A program made the translations under genes and the position numbers. The notes under the pieces were generated by a model that saw only the letters and a list, made by a program, of their open reading frames with translations, was not told the DNA's origin and searched no databases. A stretch of DNA of 64,000 nt from Gemmatimonadota bacterium (lineage in GTDB: Bacteria > Gemmatimonadota > Gemmatimonadetes > Palauibacterales > Palauibacteraceae): contig JBDHIM010000003.1 in assembly GCA_039587445.1 (NCBI GenBank), forward strand, positions 2,239 through 66,238. Reading direction: 5' to 3'. This document shows positions 17,684 through 27,011 of this stretch, one piece after another (the first letter of the stretch is position 1; every line of letters starts with the position of its first letter).

Positions 17684-18968
17684 CTAGATGGCGGCCAGCG
17701 CCTGCTCCAGGTCCGCCAAAATGTCCTCGTAGTGCTCCACGCCCACCGAGATCCGCACCATCGAAGGACCGATCCCCTCCCGCTCCCTTTCCGCGGGAGG
17801 CACGTCCGCGTGCGTCATGGCCGCGGGATGCTCCGCCAGCGATTCGGTACTGCCGAGGCTGACGGCCAGCTTGACGAGCTCGAGGGCGTTCAAGAACCGG
17901 AACGCCCCCTCCTCGCCGCCTTCGACATCAAGGGAGATCAGTGACCCCGGAGCGAGACACTGGGTGCGATACACGCCGAACATGGGGTGATCCTCGGTTA
18001 TCAGGCCCAGGTAGTTCACGCCGCGCACCTTCGGGTGGTCCTGAAGATAATCCGCCACGTACCTGGCGTTCTTCACCTGTGCTGTCATACGCATCTTGAG
18101 TGTCTCGAGGCTCCTCATCAGCAACCACCCGGTCCAGGGATCCGCCCCGGAGCCGATGAAAGTCCTCAGCGTCCGGACCGTGTCGAGCGCCTCGGAGCCT
18201 CCCAGACACGCGCCGGCGATCACGTCGCTGTGGCCCCCGATGAACTTCGTCGCGGAGTAGAGCACGAGGTCGGCGCCGTGACGCATCGGATGCTGCCAGA
18301 GCGGGCCCAGGAAAGTGTTGTCCACCATGACGATCGGAGGCTCGCCGTCCTTCCCCAGCGAGCGGGCCAGACCGACCGTGCCTTCGATATCGACCAGAGC
18401 GTTGGTCGGGTTCGAGGGCGTCTCGATGAAGACGACCTTGAGCGGACCGTTGCCCACGCCCTCGCGGATGCCCTCCTCGACATCGGCGATCGGTCGTCCC
18501 GCGGGAAACGGAACGGACCTGATCCCGAACTCGGGCAGGATGTGATTCACCAGATAGTCCGTCCCCCCGTACAGCGGCTCGCTGTGCAGCAACACGTCTC
18601 CCGGTCTCAGGAAGGCGAGTAGGGCGGTGGAGATCGCCGCCATGCCGCTCTCGAAGACGGCGGCGGCCTCGGCCTCGTCCCACAGCGTCAGACGATCCTC
18701 GAGGATCTCCAGATCCGGATTGTTGAGGCGGCTGTAGATGAGGCCGGAACGCTCGGTCGGGCCCTTCTTGGGCGATCTCGAAGTAGGCCTTTCCCGCCTC
18801 GGCGTTCTCGAACACGAAGGTGGATGTCTGGAAGATCGGGGACTTCAGCGCGCCCTCCGAGAGCGCCGGATCATAACCGTAGCTCATCATCAGGCTCTCG
18901 GGACGAAGTCGATGTTCCCCGATGTGGGTCTTCTTGTATCGCGGGAGCTTCGCGTCGTCGCTCATCAT
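17684..18968 (-). pseudogene. Cys/Met-metabolism PLP-dependent enzyme (methionine gamma-lyase / cystathionine gamma-synthase family) with a +/-1 frameshift near 18745-18790. Could also be an assembly error.
   Basis: N-terminal 75 aa (SYGYDPALSEGALKSPIFQTSTFVFENAEAGKAYFEIAQEG) are in the frame of ORF 17928-18968. The rest (GLIYSRLNNPDLEILEDRL ... ESGMAAISTALLAF ... YSATKFIGGHSDV) is in the frame of ORF 17684-18643. Confidence 0.7.
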
Positions 18969-18992
18969 GGCTCCTACGGTCTGTCTGGCAGG

Positions 18993-19286
18993 CTAAGCTG
19001 TCGCTTCCGGTGCTCCCTCCTCGGACGTGGGATCGAGCATCCGCTCGACTCTCGATATGCGAGTCAGCGGGAAGCCGCCCCGCTCTGCATGCTCGTGGAG
19101 CAGGTTCTCGTCCTTCGCGATGTACACGCAGTACAGCTTTTCATCGGAGACGTAGCTCTGCACCCACTGGATGTCGGGGCCGAGGGCTCGAAGGACATCG
19201 CAGGACTTCTGCGCGACCTTCTGGAACTGTTCATCCGTGAGGCTACCCGCTCCCGGCAAATCGCGCTCGATGACGAATTTCGGCAA
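18993..19286 (-). CDS. DUF4242 domain protein (SCO4226-like small protein)
   Basis: (M)PKFVIERDLPGAGSLTDEQ ... LYCVYIAKDE matches the DUF4242 pattern. TTG start is preceded by an AGGGAG RBS. Confidence 0.6.
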   Translation of the reverse strand: MPKFVIERDLPGAGSLTDEQFQKVAQKSCDVLRALGPDIQWVQSYVSDEKLYCVYIAKDENLLHEHAERGGFPLTRISRVERMLDPTSEEGAPEATA

Positions 19287-19368
19287 GACGTTCTCCCTTC
19301 GGTCGAGGTCTCTTACGGCAACACCGAGCAAGATACGGCGAGTTGGCCCGCCGATGTAGTCCGGCCCG

Positions 19369-19430
19369 CTTGACGTTGTAGCGATATATCGCTATCGTTC
19401 GTTACCGATATATCGTAACTTGACTCGACG
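19369..19430. promoter_or_regulatory. divergent promoter/operator region. 12-bp perfect palindrome GCGATATATCGC (19381-19392) and a second CGATATATCG core (19406-19415), flanked by TTGACG and TTGACT -35-like hexamers.
   Basis: Read directly. Lies between the DUF4242 start and the PadR start. Confidence 0.45.
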
Positions 19431-19472
19431 ATCGCCCGCGGGCGTACCGTCGGAAGAACGGGAGAGCGAGGG

Positions 19473-20066
19473 ATGGGCCGTAAATGCAACGATTTCGGAT
19501 TCGGCGAGTGGGCTGCGTTCTGCGGCCCGGGCTTCGCCGCCTTCGGCCCCCGCGTTCGGAGCGGAAAAAGCCGGCAGCGTTTCGGACGACGCGGCGACCT
19601 CAAGTACGTGATCCTCAGCCTCCTCGACGACCAGCCGATGCACGGCTATGAGATCATCCGTCGCCTCGAGGAGGACTCGGGCGGCGCCTACTCGCCAAGC
19701 CCGGGCTCCGTCTACCCTACCCTGCAGCTGCTTGAAGACCAGGGCTGCGTGATCTCGGAGCAGCAGGAGGGCAAGCGCGTTTACCGCATCACGGATGAGG
19801 GGCGCGCGCTGCTTGGTAAGCACGGTGATCGCGTGTCGGATTTCACCGACCGTTTCTCCGACTTCACCGACCGTCTCTCGACGGGCGGAATGGGCGACCT
19901 CACCCGCTCCTTCGTTCGGCTGGCGCAGGTCAGCTTCGAACGAGCGACGCGGAAGACGGCCGATCCCGAGGCGCTCGGAAGGCTGCAGGAGATCCTGGAG
20001 CGCGCGACACGAGAGGTCGAGGAGAGCTGGCCCGGACCGGGCAAGCGGGCAAGCAGCAAGAGCTGA
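19473..20066 (+). CDS. PadR family transcriptional regulator
   Basis: FGRRGDLKYVILSLLDDQPMHGYEIIRRLEEDSGGAYSPSPGSVYPTLQLLEDQG is the PadR winged-helix region. Contains an internal tandem 15-bp duplication (RVSDFTDRFSDFTDRLS). Confidence 0.8.
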   Translation: MGRKCNDFGFGEWAAFCGPGFAAFGPRVRSGKSRQRFGRRGDLKYVILSLLDDQPMHGYEIIRRLEEDSGGAYSPSPGSVYPTLQLLEDQGCVISEQQEGKRVYRITDEGRALLGKHGDRVSDFTDRFSDFTDRLSTGGMGDLTRSFVRLAQVSFERATRKTADPEALGRLQEILERATREVEESWPGPGKRASSKS

Positions 20067-20104
20067 GCTGACTGGAACGCGGATCGAGACGAAGGAATGG
20101 GACG

Positions 20105-20440
20105 ATGCCTGACTGGGTAATCTGGGTGGCGATCGCGGTCTTCTTGATGAACTGCCGTGGAGGCTGTCGCTTGGGAGCGAGAAGGATCCGCGGACACCGG
20201 GAGCGGATGCGCGACCGTATGACCGACGGAGGGATGACGGGCATGGAGTCGCAGCCGCGATTGGCGAGCGGACGGGAGGAGTGGCTCGGCGGAAACCCGC
20301 AGCCCCGATCGCGAAATGGGGAGATGAAAGCGGCCCGGCGAGAGACGCCGCTAGAGGTGCTCCAGAAGAAGTTCGTGAGCGGCCCCATGACGCTGGAGCA
20401 GTACGAGGCCGAGTTGGACAAGCTCGACCGGTTGGAGTAG
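20105..20440 (+). CDS. small membrane protein with C-terminal SHOCT domain
   Basis: N-terminal TM (WVIWVAIAVFLM). C-terminus PLEVLQKKFVSGPMTLEQYEAELDKLDRLE matches the SHOCT motif. Sits 38 bp after the PadR stop. Confidence 0.5.
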   Translation: MPDWVIWVAIAVFLMNCRGGCRLGARRIRGHRERMRDRMTDGGMTGMESQPRLASGREEWLGGNPQPRSRNGEMKAARRETPLEVLQKKFVSGPMTLEQYEAELDKLDRLE

Positions 20441-20493
20441 CCCGCCGCCAGCCAGACCTTTGTGGTCCACGAGCCGGCGGGCCACGAGGGGCA

Positions 20494-20952
20494 TCAGCCC
20501 TCCAGCTTCTGCGTCATGCAGTCGGTGAAACGGCCGAACATGAAGTCGGCCACGTTCTGGATGATGCCGCCGCGGCCGAACGAGGCCAGGCGGCCCGCCA
20601 GGCTGACGCTCTGCGACACGTCGACGTGGGTTCCGCCATTATCCATGGGCCGGAGCTTGCTGTTCATCTGCATCTTCACGCTGCCCGAGCCTCGCGCATC
20701 CTTCCCTTCGCCATGCATCGAGACCTCGCGGTTCTCGACGTCCAGCTTGTCGAAGTGGATGATGCCCTCGAAGGTCACGCCGATCGGACCCAACCGGATG
20801 CCCATCTCGCCGCGGAAGTTCCGGTCGTCGACTCTCTCGGTGAGCTTCGCCGCAGGCAGGCATTCCACGACGCGCTCGGGGGTGGTCAGGAAATCCCACA
20901 CCTCCTCCACCGTCTGGTTGATCTCGAAGCTCTTCTGAATCTCGATCGCCAC
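20494..20952 (-). CDS. coxG: SRPBCC-family CoxG (carbon monoxide dehydrogenase subunit G-like)
   Basis: 152 aa with MAIEIQKSFEINQTVEEVWDFLTTPERVVECLP, the CoxG/SRPBCC N-terminal pattern. Confidence 0.7.
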   Translation of the reverse strand: MAIEIQKSFEINQTVEEVWDFLTTPERVVECLPAAKLTERVDDRNFRGEMGIRLGPIGVTFEGIIHFDKLDVENREVSMHGEGKDARGSGSVKMQMNSKLRPMDNGGTHVDVSQSVSLAGRLASFGRGGIIQNVADFMFGRFTDCMTQKLEG

Positions 20953-21057
20953 GTGGTGTCTCCTTTTTCTTGCATGGGAGCGGCGACCCGCGTCGGCGTC
21001 GTCCGGTCGGCGCCGAAAGTCGATCGAGGCGACGCTCCCCGCAAGCGCCGATCGGAG

Positions 21058-22224
21058 TCAGACCGCTCGCATCGCCTCGGGAATCGGCTTGCGCGCGGCG
21101 GACCAGGCAGGAGGAAGTCCTCCGACCACTCCGGTGAGAACAGCCAAAGTCACGCCGCCCAGAAGCGCCACCGGCGTCGTCCTCAAGGAGAAGCTGATCT
21201 CGCTGAACGTGAGGAAGTTCGTGGTTCCCGTGCTGATCAAGTTGAGTGGCAGCGAGAGCAGCACGCCGACGATCCCTGCAACCAGCCCGAGAAGGGCGGC
21301 TTCGATCAGGAAGGCCCCCATGATGCTCCGTCTCTTGAAGCCCAGCACCCTGAGCGCCGCGATCTCTTGTGTACGGGCCGACACCGCCGCGTACATCGTG
21401 TTCGCGGCGGCAAAGCAGGCTCCGACAGCCATGACCACAGCCAGGATGTTCGCCAGCACCAAGAACTGCCTCGTGGTTTCGGCGGTCTGCTGTGAGTAGT
21501 ACTCGGACTCCGTGAGAGCCCTCACCCGCAGGCGTTGATCGCCCTCGATCCGCTCTACCAGGGCGTCAGCATCGGCCGGGGAAGCGGTACTCAACAACAC
21601 CGACGAGAAGTACCCCTCGCGCCGAAACGCACCACTCAGATCTTCGGCGGCCCCCCACGCTTCCGAGCCGAAGCTGGAACCGCCCGCCTCGAAGATCCCG
21701 ACAACCCGAAAGACGAGCTGGCCGATCGTGATCTCGGATCCGAGGCGGAGGTCGGGGAAGCGACCGGCGAGCTTTCGTCCCACGATCAACTCCGCTCTGC
21801 CAGGCTCGAAGCGACGGCCATCGAGAACCCTGACCTCCGGCCGGAGCCGAAACGACTGGGGAGCTACGCCGCGGAAGGTCACGTTGCTCATCGAGCCGTC
21901 CTGGCGAGGCAGGTTGTTCAGGATGATGACCTCGCCGGCGGCGAAAGCCGTCCCGTCTTCGTTGCTTGCGACACCGGGGAGGGTCATCACTTCGCGACCG
22001 CGCTCGAGCGGGAAGAAGCTGCTCGTCTCGCTCAGAGCGCCCTCGCGAAGAACGACGACGTGCGAGGGATTCCCCGAGGCGGAGAACGCGGACGAGAGCC
22101 CGCCGGCGAGCGACAGGACGCCGATGTACACGAGAACCACGAAGGCCACCGAGGCGATCGTCATCGACGTCGTGCCGCGGCGGACGAACAGGCTTCTCGC
22201 ACTGTACTTGATGGGTAGCTTCAT
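21058..22224 (-). CDS. ABC transporter permease (FtsX-like, MacB-type)
   Basis: N-terminal TM, large periplasmic domain and C-terminal 3-TM FtsX region. Start taken at the internal MKLPIKYSARSLFVRR. Confidence 0.8.
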   Translation of the reverse strand: MKLPIKYSARSLFVRRGTTSMTIASVAFVVLVYIGVLSLAGGLSSAFSASGNPSHVVVLREGALSETSSFFPLERGREVMTLPGVASNEDGTAFAAGEVIILNNLPRQDGSMSNVTFRGVAPQSFRLRPEVRVLDGRRFEPGRAELIVGRKLAGRFPDLRLGSEITIGQLVFRVVGIFEAGGSSFGSEAWGAAEDLSGAFRREGYFSSVLLSTASPADADALVERIEGDQRLRVRALTESEYYSQQTAETTRQFLVLANILAVVMAVGACFAAANTMYAAVSARTQEIAALRVLGFKRRSIMGAFLIEAALLGLVAGIVGVLLSLPLNLISTGTTNFLTFSEISFSLRTTPVALLGGVTLAVLTGVVGGLPPAWSAARKPIPEAMRAV

Positions 22225-22231
22225 CCTCGCC

Positions 22232-23383
22232 TCACGCCACCTTGCGCAGCCCATCGACGACCGAGCGCCGCGCCATGGCATAGCCCGGCACGAGGCCCGA
22301 GAGCGTACCGATCCCCAACGCCGCCGCCAATCCGAGCAACGCCACATCGGACCGTAGGGTCAGCGTCTGGAAGAGCAACAGCTCTGACGAAAGTGCCCCG
22401 GCCGCGAGGCTGAGCAGGGTGGCGGCCAGCGTCACACCTAGAAGGCCTCCCACGATGCCGATAACCATCGCCTCTGCCGTCAACACGCCGAGCACCTTCC
22501 CTCGCCCGAAGCCAAGCGTCTTGAGAACCGATACCTCCGTGCTCCGCTCGCGTACCGCCATGGCCATGGTGTTCGCCGTGATGAAGAACACCGAGACGAT
22601 CACTGCGAAGCCGATCGCCCCGAAGAGAAGCTCCACGTTCCCCATCATCTGCACGAAGGCGAGGACGAACGCCTGCTCCGTCTCCGCCTTCACCCGCGCC
22701 TCCGAGTTCTCGAACATCGCCTCGGTCGCCTCGATCACCTCCGGTACGTTTTCCAGATCGTCGACCAACAGCCAGAAGGTCCCGACCTGCCCCGGATTGC
22801 CGAGCGCCTCTTCCATGTAGTCCCGGTGGAAGAAGATCTGATTCTCCTGCGCCTCGTCCTGTGAGTCGGTGAAGATGCCGCGCAGCACGAGGTTCAGGTC
22901 GATCGGGTAGATCTCCCCTTGCAGGAAGATCTCATCACCGATCTCCCAGCCGTGCTTTTCGGCGAGCGCTCGGCCAGCTATGAACGACCGGCGCTCCGCC
23001 AGCCAGGCCGCCGCGGCCTCCGGCTCGATCTCCAAGTCGTCGAAGGCGGCGAGGAGAGTCTCCGGATCCGACCCGAACTGGGAGAAGAAGTTCTCGCGCC
23101 TCGTGTCCTTGTAGATGCCGCCGAACCAGGAGAGCGGAGAGACGACTTCTACGTGGTCCAGGCCCTCCAGCCGTCGCCAGTACGCTTCGGGCAGGTCGAA
23201 CTGGAGCGAGACCGCGTGCCGCACCACTACCCGGTTCTCCGACGCCTCCGTCTGGGCCGGATCGAACGTTTGCAGGAGGGCGCCAAGGACACACAGGAGC
23301 ATCACCCCCAACGTGAGGCTGGCAACGGTGAACGCCGCCCGGCGCTTGTTCCGCAGCAGGTTGCGCCAGACGAGTCTCCTCAT
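22232..23383 (-). CDS. ABC transporter permease (FtsX-like, MacB-type)
   Basis: [30 protein letters not shown], periplasmic domain, C-terminal FtsX helices. Confidence 0.8.
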   Translation of the reverse strand: MRRLVWRNLLRNKRRAAFTVASLTLGVMLLCVLGALLQTFDPAQTEASENRVVVRHAVSLQFDLPEAYWRRLEGLDHVEVVSPLSWFGGIYKDTRRENFFSQFGSDPETLLAAFDDLEIEPEAAAAWLAERRSFIAGRALAEKHGWEIGDEIFLQGEIYPIDLNLVLRGIFTDSQDEAQENQIFFHRDYMEEALGNPGQVGTFWLLVDDLENVPEVIEATEAMFENSEARVKAETEQAFVLAFVQMMGNVELLFGAIGFAVIVSVFFITANTMAMAVRERSTEVSVLKTLGFGRGKVLGVLTAEAMVIGIVGGLLGVTLAATLLSLAAGALSSELLLFQTLTLRSDVALLGLAAALGIGTLSGLVPGYAMARRSVVDGLRKVA

Positions 23384-24117
23384 TCCTCACTCCCCGGGGA
23401 AGAAGCTGCACTGCCTACGCCCGTGGCGGCTTCCTCCGAATCGCTCCACAGCTTGCCCTTGTCGAGGTGAAGGAAGCGGTGCGCATGCTTCGCGGCGCGT
23501 GGATCGTGGGTCACCATGATGATCGTCTTGCCGAACTCGTCGTTGAGCCTCTCCATGAGCCGCAGGACTCCCTCCGCGCTCTCGGCGTCGAGGTCTCCCG
23601 TGGGCTCGTCGGCCAACAGGACGGTCGGATCCGTGACGACGGCTCGGGCGATCGCCACGCGTTGCTCCTGGCCGCCGGAGAGCTCGCGCGGATAGTGGTC
23701 CTTTCGATCCGTCAGGGAGACGACGTCCAGGGCGGTCTCGACCTTGGCGCGCCGATCGGCGGAGCTCAGTCGACTCAGCGTGAGCGGAAGCTCCACGTTC
23801 TCGTAGGCGGTGAGGACAGGGATCAGGTTGTAGAGCTGGAAGATGTAGCCGATGTGACGATGCCTCCACGGCGCGAGCGCGCTTTCGCTGAGCTGGGAGG
23901 TGTCCTGGCCGGCCACGATCACCCGCCCCGAGGTCGGTCCGTCCACCGCGGCAATCAGGTTGAGCAGAGTGGTCTTCCCGGAACCCGACGGCCCCATGAG
24001 GGCCACGAAGTCGCCTTCGGCAACCTCCAGATTCATCTCCGCGAGCACCTCGACGCGCAGCCGATCGCCCCCGTAGACCTTGCTCACGTCCTCAATCCGG
24101 ACGACCGGATCGCTCAT
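23380..24117 (-). CDS. ABC transporter ATP-binding protein (MacB/LolD-like)
   Basis: Walker [10 protein letters not shown], signature [14 protein letters not shown], Walker [12 protein letters not shown]. Confidence 0.9.
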   Translation of the reverse strand: MSDPVVRIEDVSKVYGGDRLRVEVLAEMNLEVAEGDFVALMGPSGSGKTTLLNLIAAVDGPTSGRVIVAGQDTSQLSESALAPWRHRHIGYIFQLYNLIPVLTAYENVELPLTLSRLSSADRRAKVETALDVVSLTDRKDHYPRELSGGQEQRVAIARAVVTDPTVLLADEPTGDLDAESAEGVLRLMERLNDEFGKTIIMVTHDPRAAKHAHRFLHLDKGKLWSDSEEAATGVGSAASSPGSEE

Positions 24118-24196
24118 TCGCCCTCCTTCATGCGAAGCCTCGACGCTCTAGCAGCGACACGCCAGAATCTCGCCCTTGGCGATCCGCTCCAAGTCG

Positions 24197-25366
24197 CTAC
24201 CGAATACGAACCCGGCGACCGTCCTCCAGCCCGGCAACCCCGGTCACGGCGACGCGCTCCCCCCCGCTCAAGCCGGAACGGATCTCCACGTCATCGCCCA
24301 CTTCCGCTCCGAGCTCGACGACGGTGCGCCGAACGCGGCCATCCACGACGAGGAAGACGTGGGGCCCATCGGCATCCTGCAGGACCGCGGCCTTTGGCGC
24401 GACCACCATCGCCTGACGAGCCGCCGCGCTCTCCTCCGCAGCCTCCTCCTCGAGGAAGGCGACGTTGCAGCTCATGTCCGGCAGGACTCGATCATCCCTG
24501 TCGTCGATCGTGACCTTCACCTCGACGACTGCCCGCTGGCGATCAGCGGTCGGGACGATCTGACGAAGATGCCCGTGGTACTCGCGGCCGGGGACCGCGT
24601 CTACCCGGATGACGGCCGGCTGCCCGAGCGAGAGGCGCGAGATGTAGCTCTCGTTGATGTCTGCCTCCACCTCGAGGGATTCGGGGTTCGCGATCCGGAC
24701 GATGGCGCCGGTGGCTTGCTGCGTGGTGAAGCCGCCGGGCGCCACCATCTCGCCCACCTCGATTCGCCGCTCGATGATCACGCCCGGTATCGGCGCCGTG
24801 ATGACCGCGTACTGCAGCCTCGCCCGGGCGTTGGCCAAGCTCGCCTCGGCCACGGCGACCTGAGCTTCGGCCACCTCGAGCCGGGTCGCCTCGGCATCGT
24901 ATTCGGCTTGCGCGATCGCGTTCTCGGCGAGGAGCCGGGCGAAGCGCGCCTCCTGCCGCTGGGCGTCCGTCTGGTTGGCACGCGCCTCCAGCAACGACGC
25001 GCGACGCTGCCTCAGCGCCGCTACGAGGTCATCGCTGTCCAGGACCGCGATGGTGTCGCCCCGCTCGACCCGGTCGCCCTCTTCCACCAGCAGGCGCTCG
25101 ACCCGACCGATGATCTTGGCGCCCACCGACGCTCGCTCGCGAGCATAGGTATAGCCGGTGGCCGTCAGAACCTGGGAGGCCTCGCCGGGAGCCAGGACGC
25201 GCACCGTCGCGGCCTCGATCTCCGGGGTCATCCAGGGCAGCCGAGGGACGCCAACGACTGCGAGGATGGCCGCGGCAGCGAAGAGCACGAGCCACGCGAC
25301 CAGCCGGCGGGAGCGACCACTCCCGCCGGCCTTCTTCTCCGCTCGTTCGCGGTCCATGCGCAGCAC
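24197..25366 (-). CDS. efflux transporter periplasmic adaptor subunit (HlyD/MacA family)
   Basis: N-terminal anchor, coiled-coil region (QAEYDAEATRLEVAEAQVAVAEASLANARARL), beta-barrel and MP domains. Confidence 0.8.
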   Translation of the reverse strand: MLRMDRERAEKKAGGSGRSRRLVAWLVLFAAAAILAVVGVPRLPWMTPEIEAATVRVLAPGEASQVLTATGYTYARERASVGAKIIGRVERLLVEEGDRVERGDTIAVLDSDDLVAALRQRRASLLEARANQTDAQRQEARFARLLAENAIAQAEYDAEATRLEVAEAQVAVAEASLANARARLQYAVITAPIPGVIIERRIEVGEMVAPGGFTTQQATGAIVRIANPESLEVEADINESYISRLSLGQPAVIRVDAVPGREYHGHLRQIVPTADRQRAVVEVKVTIDDRDDRVLPDMSCNVAFLEEEAAEESAAARQAMVVAPKAAVLQDADGPHVFLVVDGRVRRTVVELGAEVGDDVEIRSGLSGGERVAVTGVAGLEDGRRVRIR

Positions 25367-25575
25367 CGAAAGATCGGGCTCTGGTCCGCCGGGCTTGTCG
25401 GTCTCTTCAGTCAGCGTCGCCTGCCTTTCTCATCACCAAGGTTGGGAAGAAGGCTTCCCTCCACCAGTCGCGGCCGCCGTCGCCACCTACCCCGTGATGG
25501 AGGGCCGCTCGGGCATAGCGTCAGCCGGGGCATGGACCTTATCCTGGACTGAAGGACCCTCAAAGGAGCCGCCCC

Positions 25576-26451
25576 ATGATTCCGGCTGCGTTCGACTATC
25601 ATCACCCCTCCGACATCGACGAGGTGCTCGCCCTGCTCGACGAGCACGGGTGGGAAGCCAAGATCCTCGCGGGCGGGCAGAGCCTGATTCCGGCCATGCG
25701 GTTTCGGCTCGCCGAGCCCGGCACTGTGGTCGACGTGAACGGACTAGCGGAGCTCGAGCGCTTCGAGGAGTCAGACGGGCTCCTCCACGTCGGCTCCATG
25801 GTCCGCCACGCGACGATTGCGCAGTCCGACGTCGTCCGCGACCGCTATCCGCTCTTGGCCGACGCCGCGCAGGTGATCGCCGACCCGCTGGTGCGCAATC
25901 GCGGCACCGTCGGCGGATCGCTCGTTCACGCCGATCCCGCGGGCGACTGGGGCGCCGTGATGCTGGCCTACCGGGCCGAGCTCACGGTGCGGCGGGCAGG
26001 CGGCGAGCGCACTCTTCCGATCGACGAGCTCTTCCTCACCACCTTCGTGACCTCGCTCGAGCCGAACGAGCTCGTGACCGGGATCCGCATCCCGGCAGCG
26101 AGCGACGGCCAGGGGGGCGCGTACGAGAAGCTCGAGCGGAAGGTGGGAGATTTCGCCACGGTAGGCGTGGCAACCCAGATCACGCTGGCCGAGGACGGCA
26201 GCGTGAGCGCGGCGGGGATCGGGCTCACGGCCGTGGGCGCGACCAGCCTGCGGGCATCGGCCGCGGAGGGGGAGCTCCTGGCTTCCGCCGCCGATGACGC
26301 GGCCATCGAGGCGGCGGCCGTGAAGGCGGCGGAGGCCTCCAGCCCGACGGCCGACACGAGAGGTTCCGAAGCGTACAAGCGCGACATGGTGCGGGTGCTG
26401 ACCGGACGGGCGCTACGCCGCTCGGTCGATCTCGCTCGCGCCGCTTCCTGA
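25576..26451 (+). CDS. coxM: carbon monoxide dehydrogenase medium (FAD) subunit
   Basis: AAFDYHHPSDIDEVLALL ... AGGQSLIPAMRFRLA ... RNRGTVGGS. First gene of an M-S-L operon. Confidence 0.85.
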   Translation: MIPAAFDYHHPSDIDEVLALLDEHGWEAKILAGGQSLIPAMRFRLAEPGTVVDVNGLAELERFEESDGLLHVGSMVRHATIAQSDVVRDRYPLLADAAQVIADPLVRNRGTVGGSLVHADPAGDWGAVMLAYRAELTVRRAGGERTLPIDELFLTTFVTSLEPNELVTGIRIPAASDGQGGAYEKLERKVGDFATVGVATQITLAEDGSVSAAGIGLTAVGATSLRASAAEGELLASAADDAAIEAAAVKAAEASSPTADTRGSEAYKRDMVRVLTGRALRRSVDLARAAS

Positions 26452-26465
26452 CCGGCTAGGAGGAG

Positions 26466-27011
26466 ATGACGATGGCCACGACGATGTCCGTATCGGTCAC
26501 AGTCAATGGTGCCGAGTACACGGCCGACGTCGAGCCCCGAATGCTGCTCGTGCACCTCCTGCGCGACGAGCTGGGGCTCACCGGAACCCACATCGGCTGC
26601 GATACGACGCACTGCGGCGCATGCACGATCCTGTTGAACGGGACCCCGATCAAGTCCTGCACGATGTTCGCCGTGCAGGCCGACGGACAGGCCCTCACGA
26701 CGGTCGAAGGGCTCACGAGCAACGGCGAGCTGAGCCCGATCCAGGAAGCGTTCAAGGAGGAGCATGGACTTCAGTGCGGCTACTGCACGCCGGGCATGAT
26801 GCTGACCGGAACGGCACTTCTGGAGTCCAGCCCGGAGCCCAGTGAAGCCGAGATTCGCATGGCGATCTCCGGCAATCTTTGCAGGTGTACCGGCTATCAG
26901 AACATCGTGCACGCGATCCAGAGCGCCGCACGAACCATGGCCGAGAACGGCACGGGCACGGGCGGCGATGCCGGAAGCGGGAGCGGCGCGTCCGAAGGAG
27001 GTGAGGAATGA
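26466..27011 (+). CDS. coxS: carbon monoxide dehydrogenase small (2Fe-2S) subunit
   Basis: [15 protein letters not shown] and CGYCTPG ... CRCTGYQNI motifs. Confidence 0.9.
   Translation: MTMATTMSVSVTVNGAEYTADVEPRMLLVHLLRDELGLTGTHIGCDTTHCGACTILLNGTPIKSCTMFAVQADGQALTTVEGLTSNGELSPIQEAFKEEHGLQCGYCTPGMMLTGTALLESSPEPSEAEIRMAISGNLCRCTGYQNIVHAIQSAARTMAENGTGTGGDAGSGSGASEGGEE

Noticed and set aside
24176-25552. 458-aa plus-strand ORF
   Set aside because: Antisense to the efflux adaptor gene.
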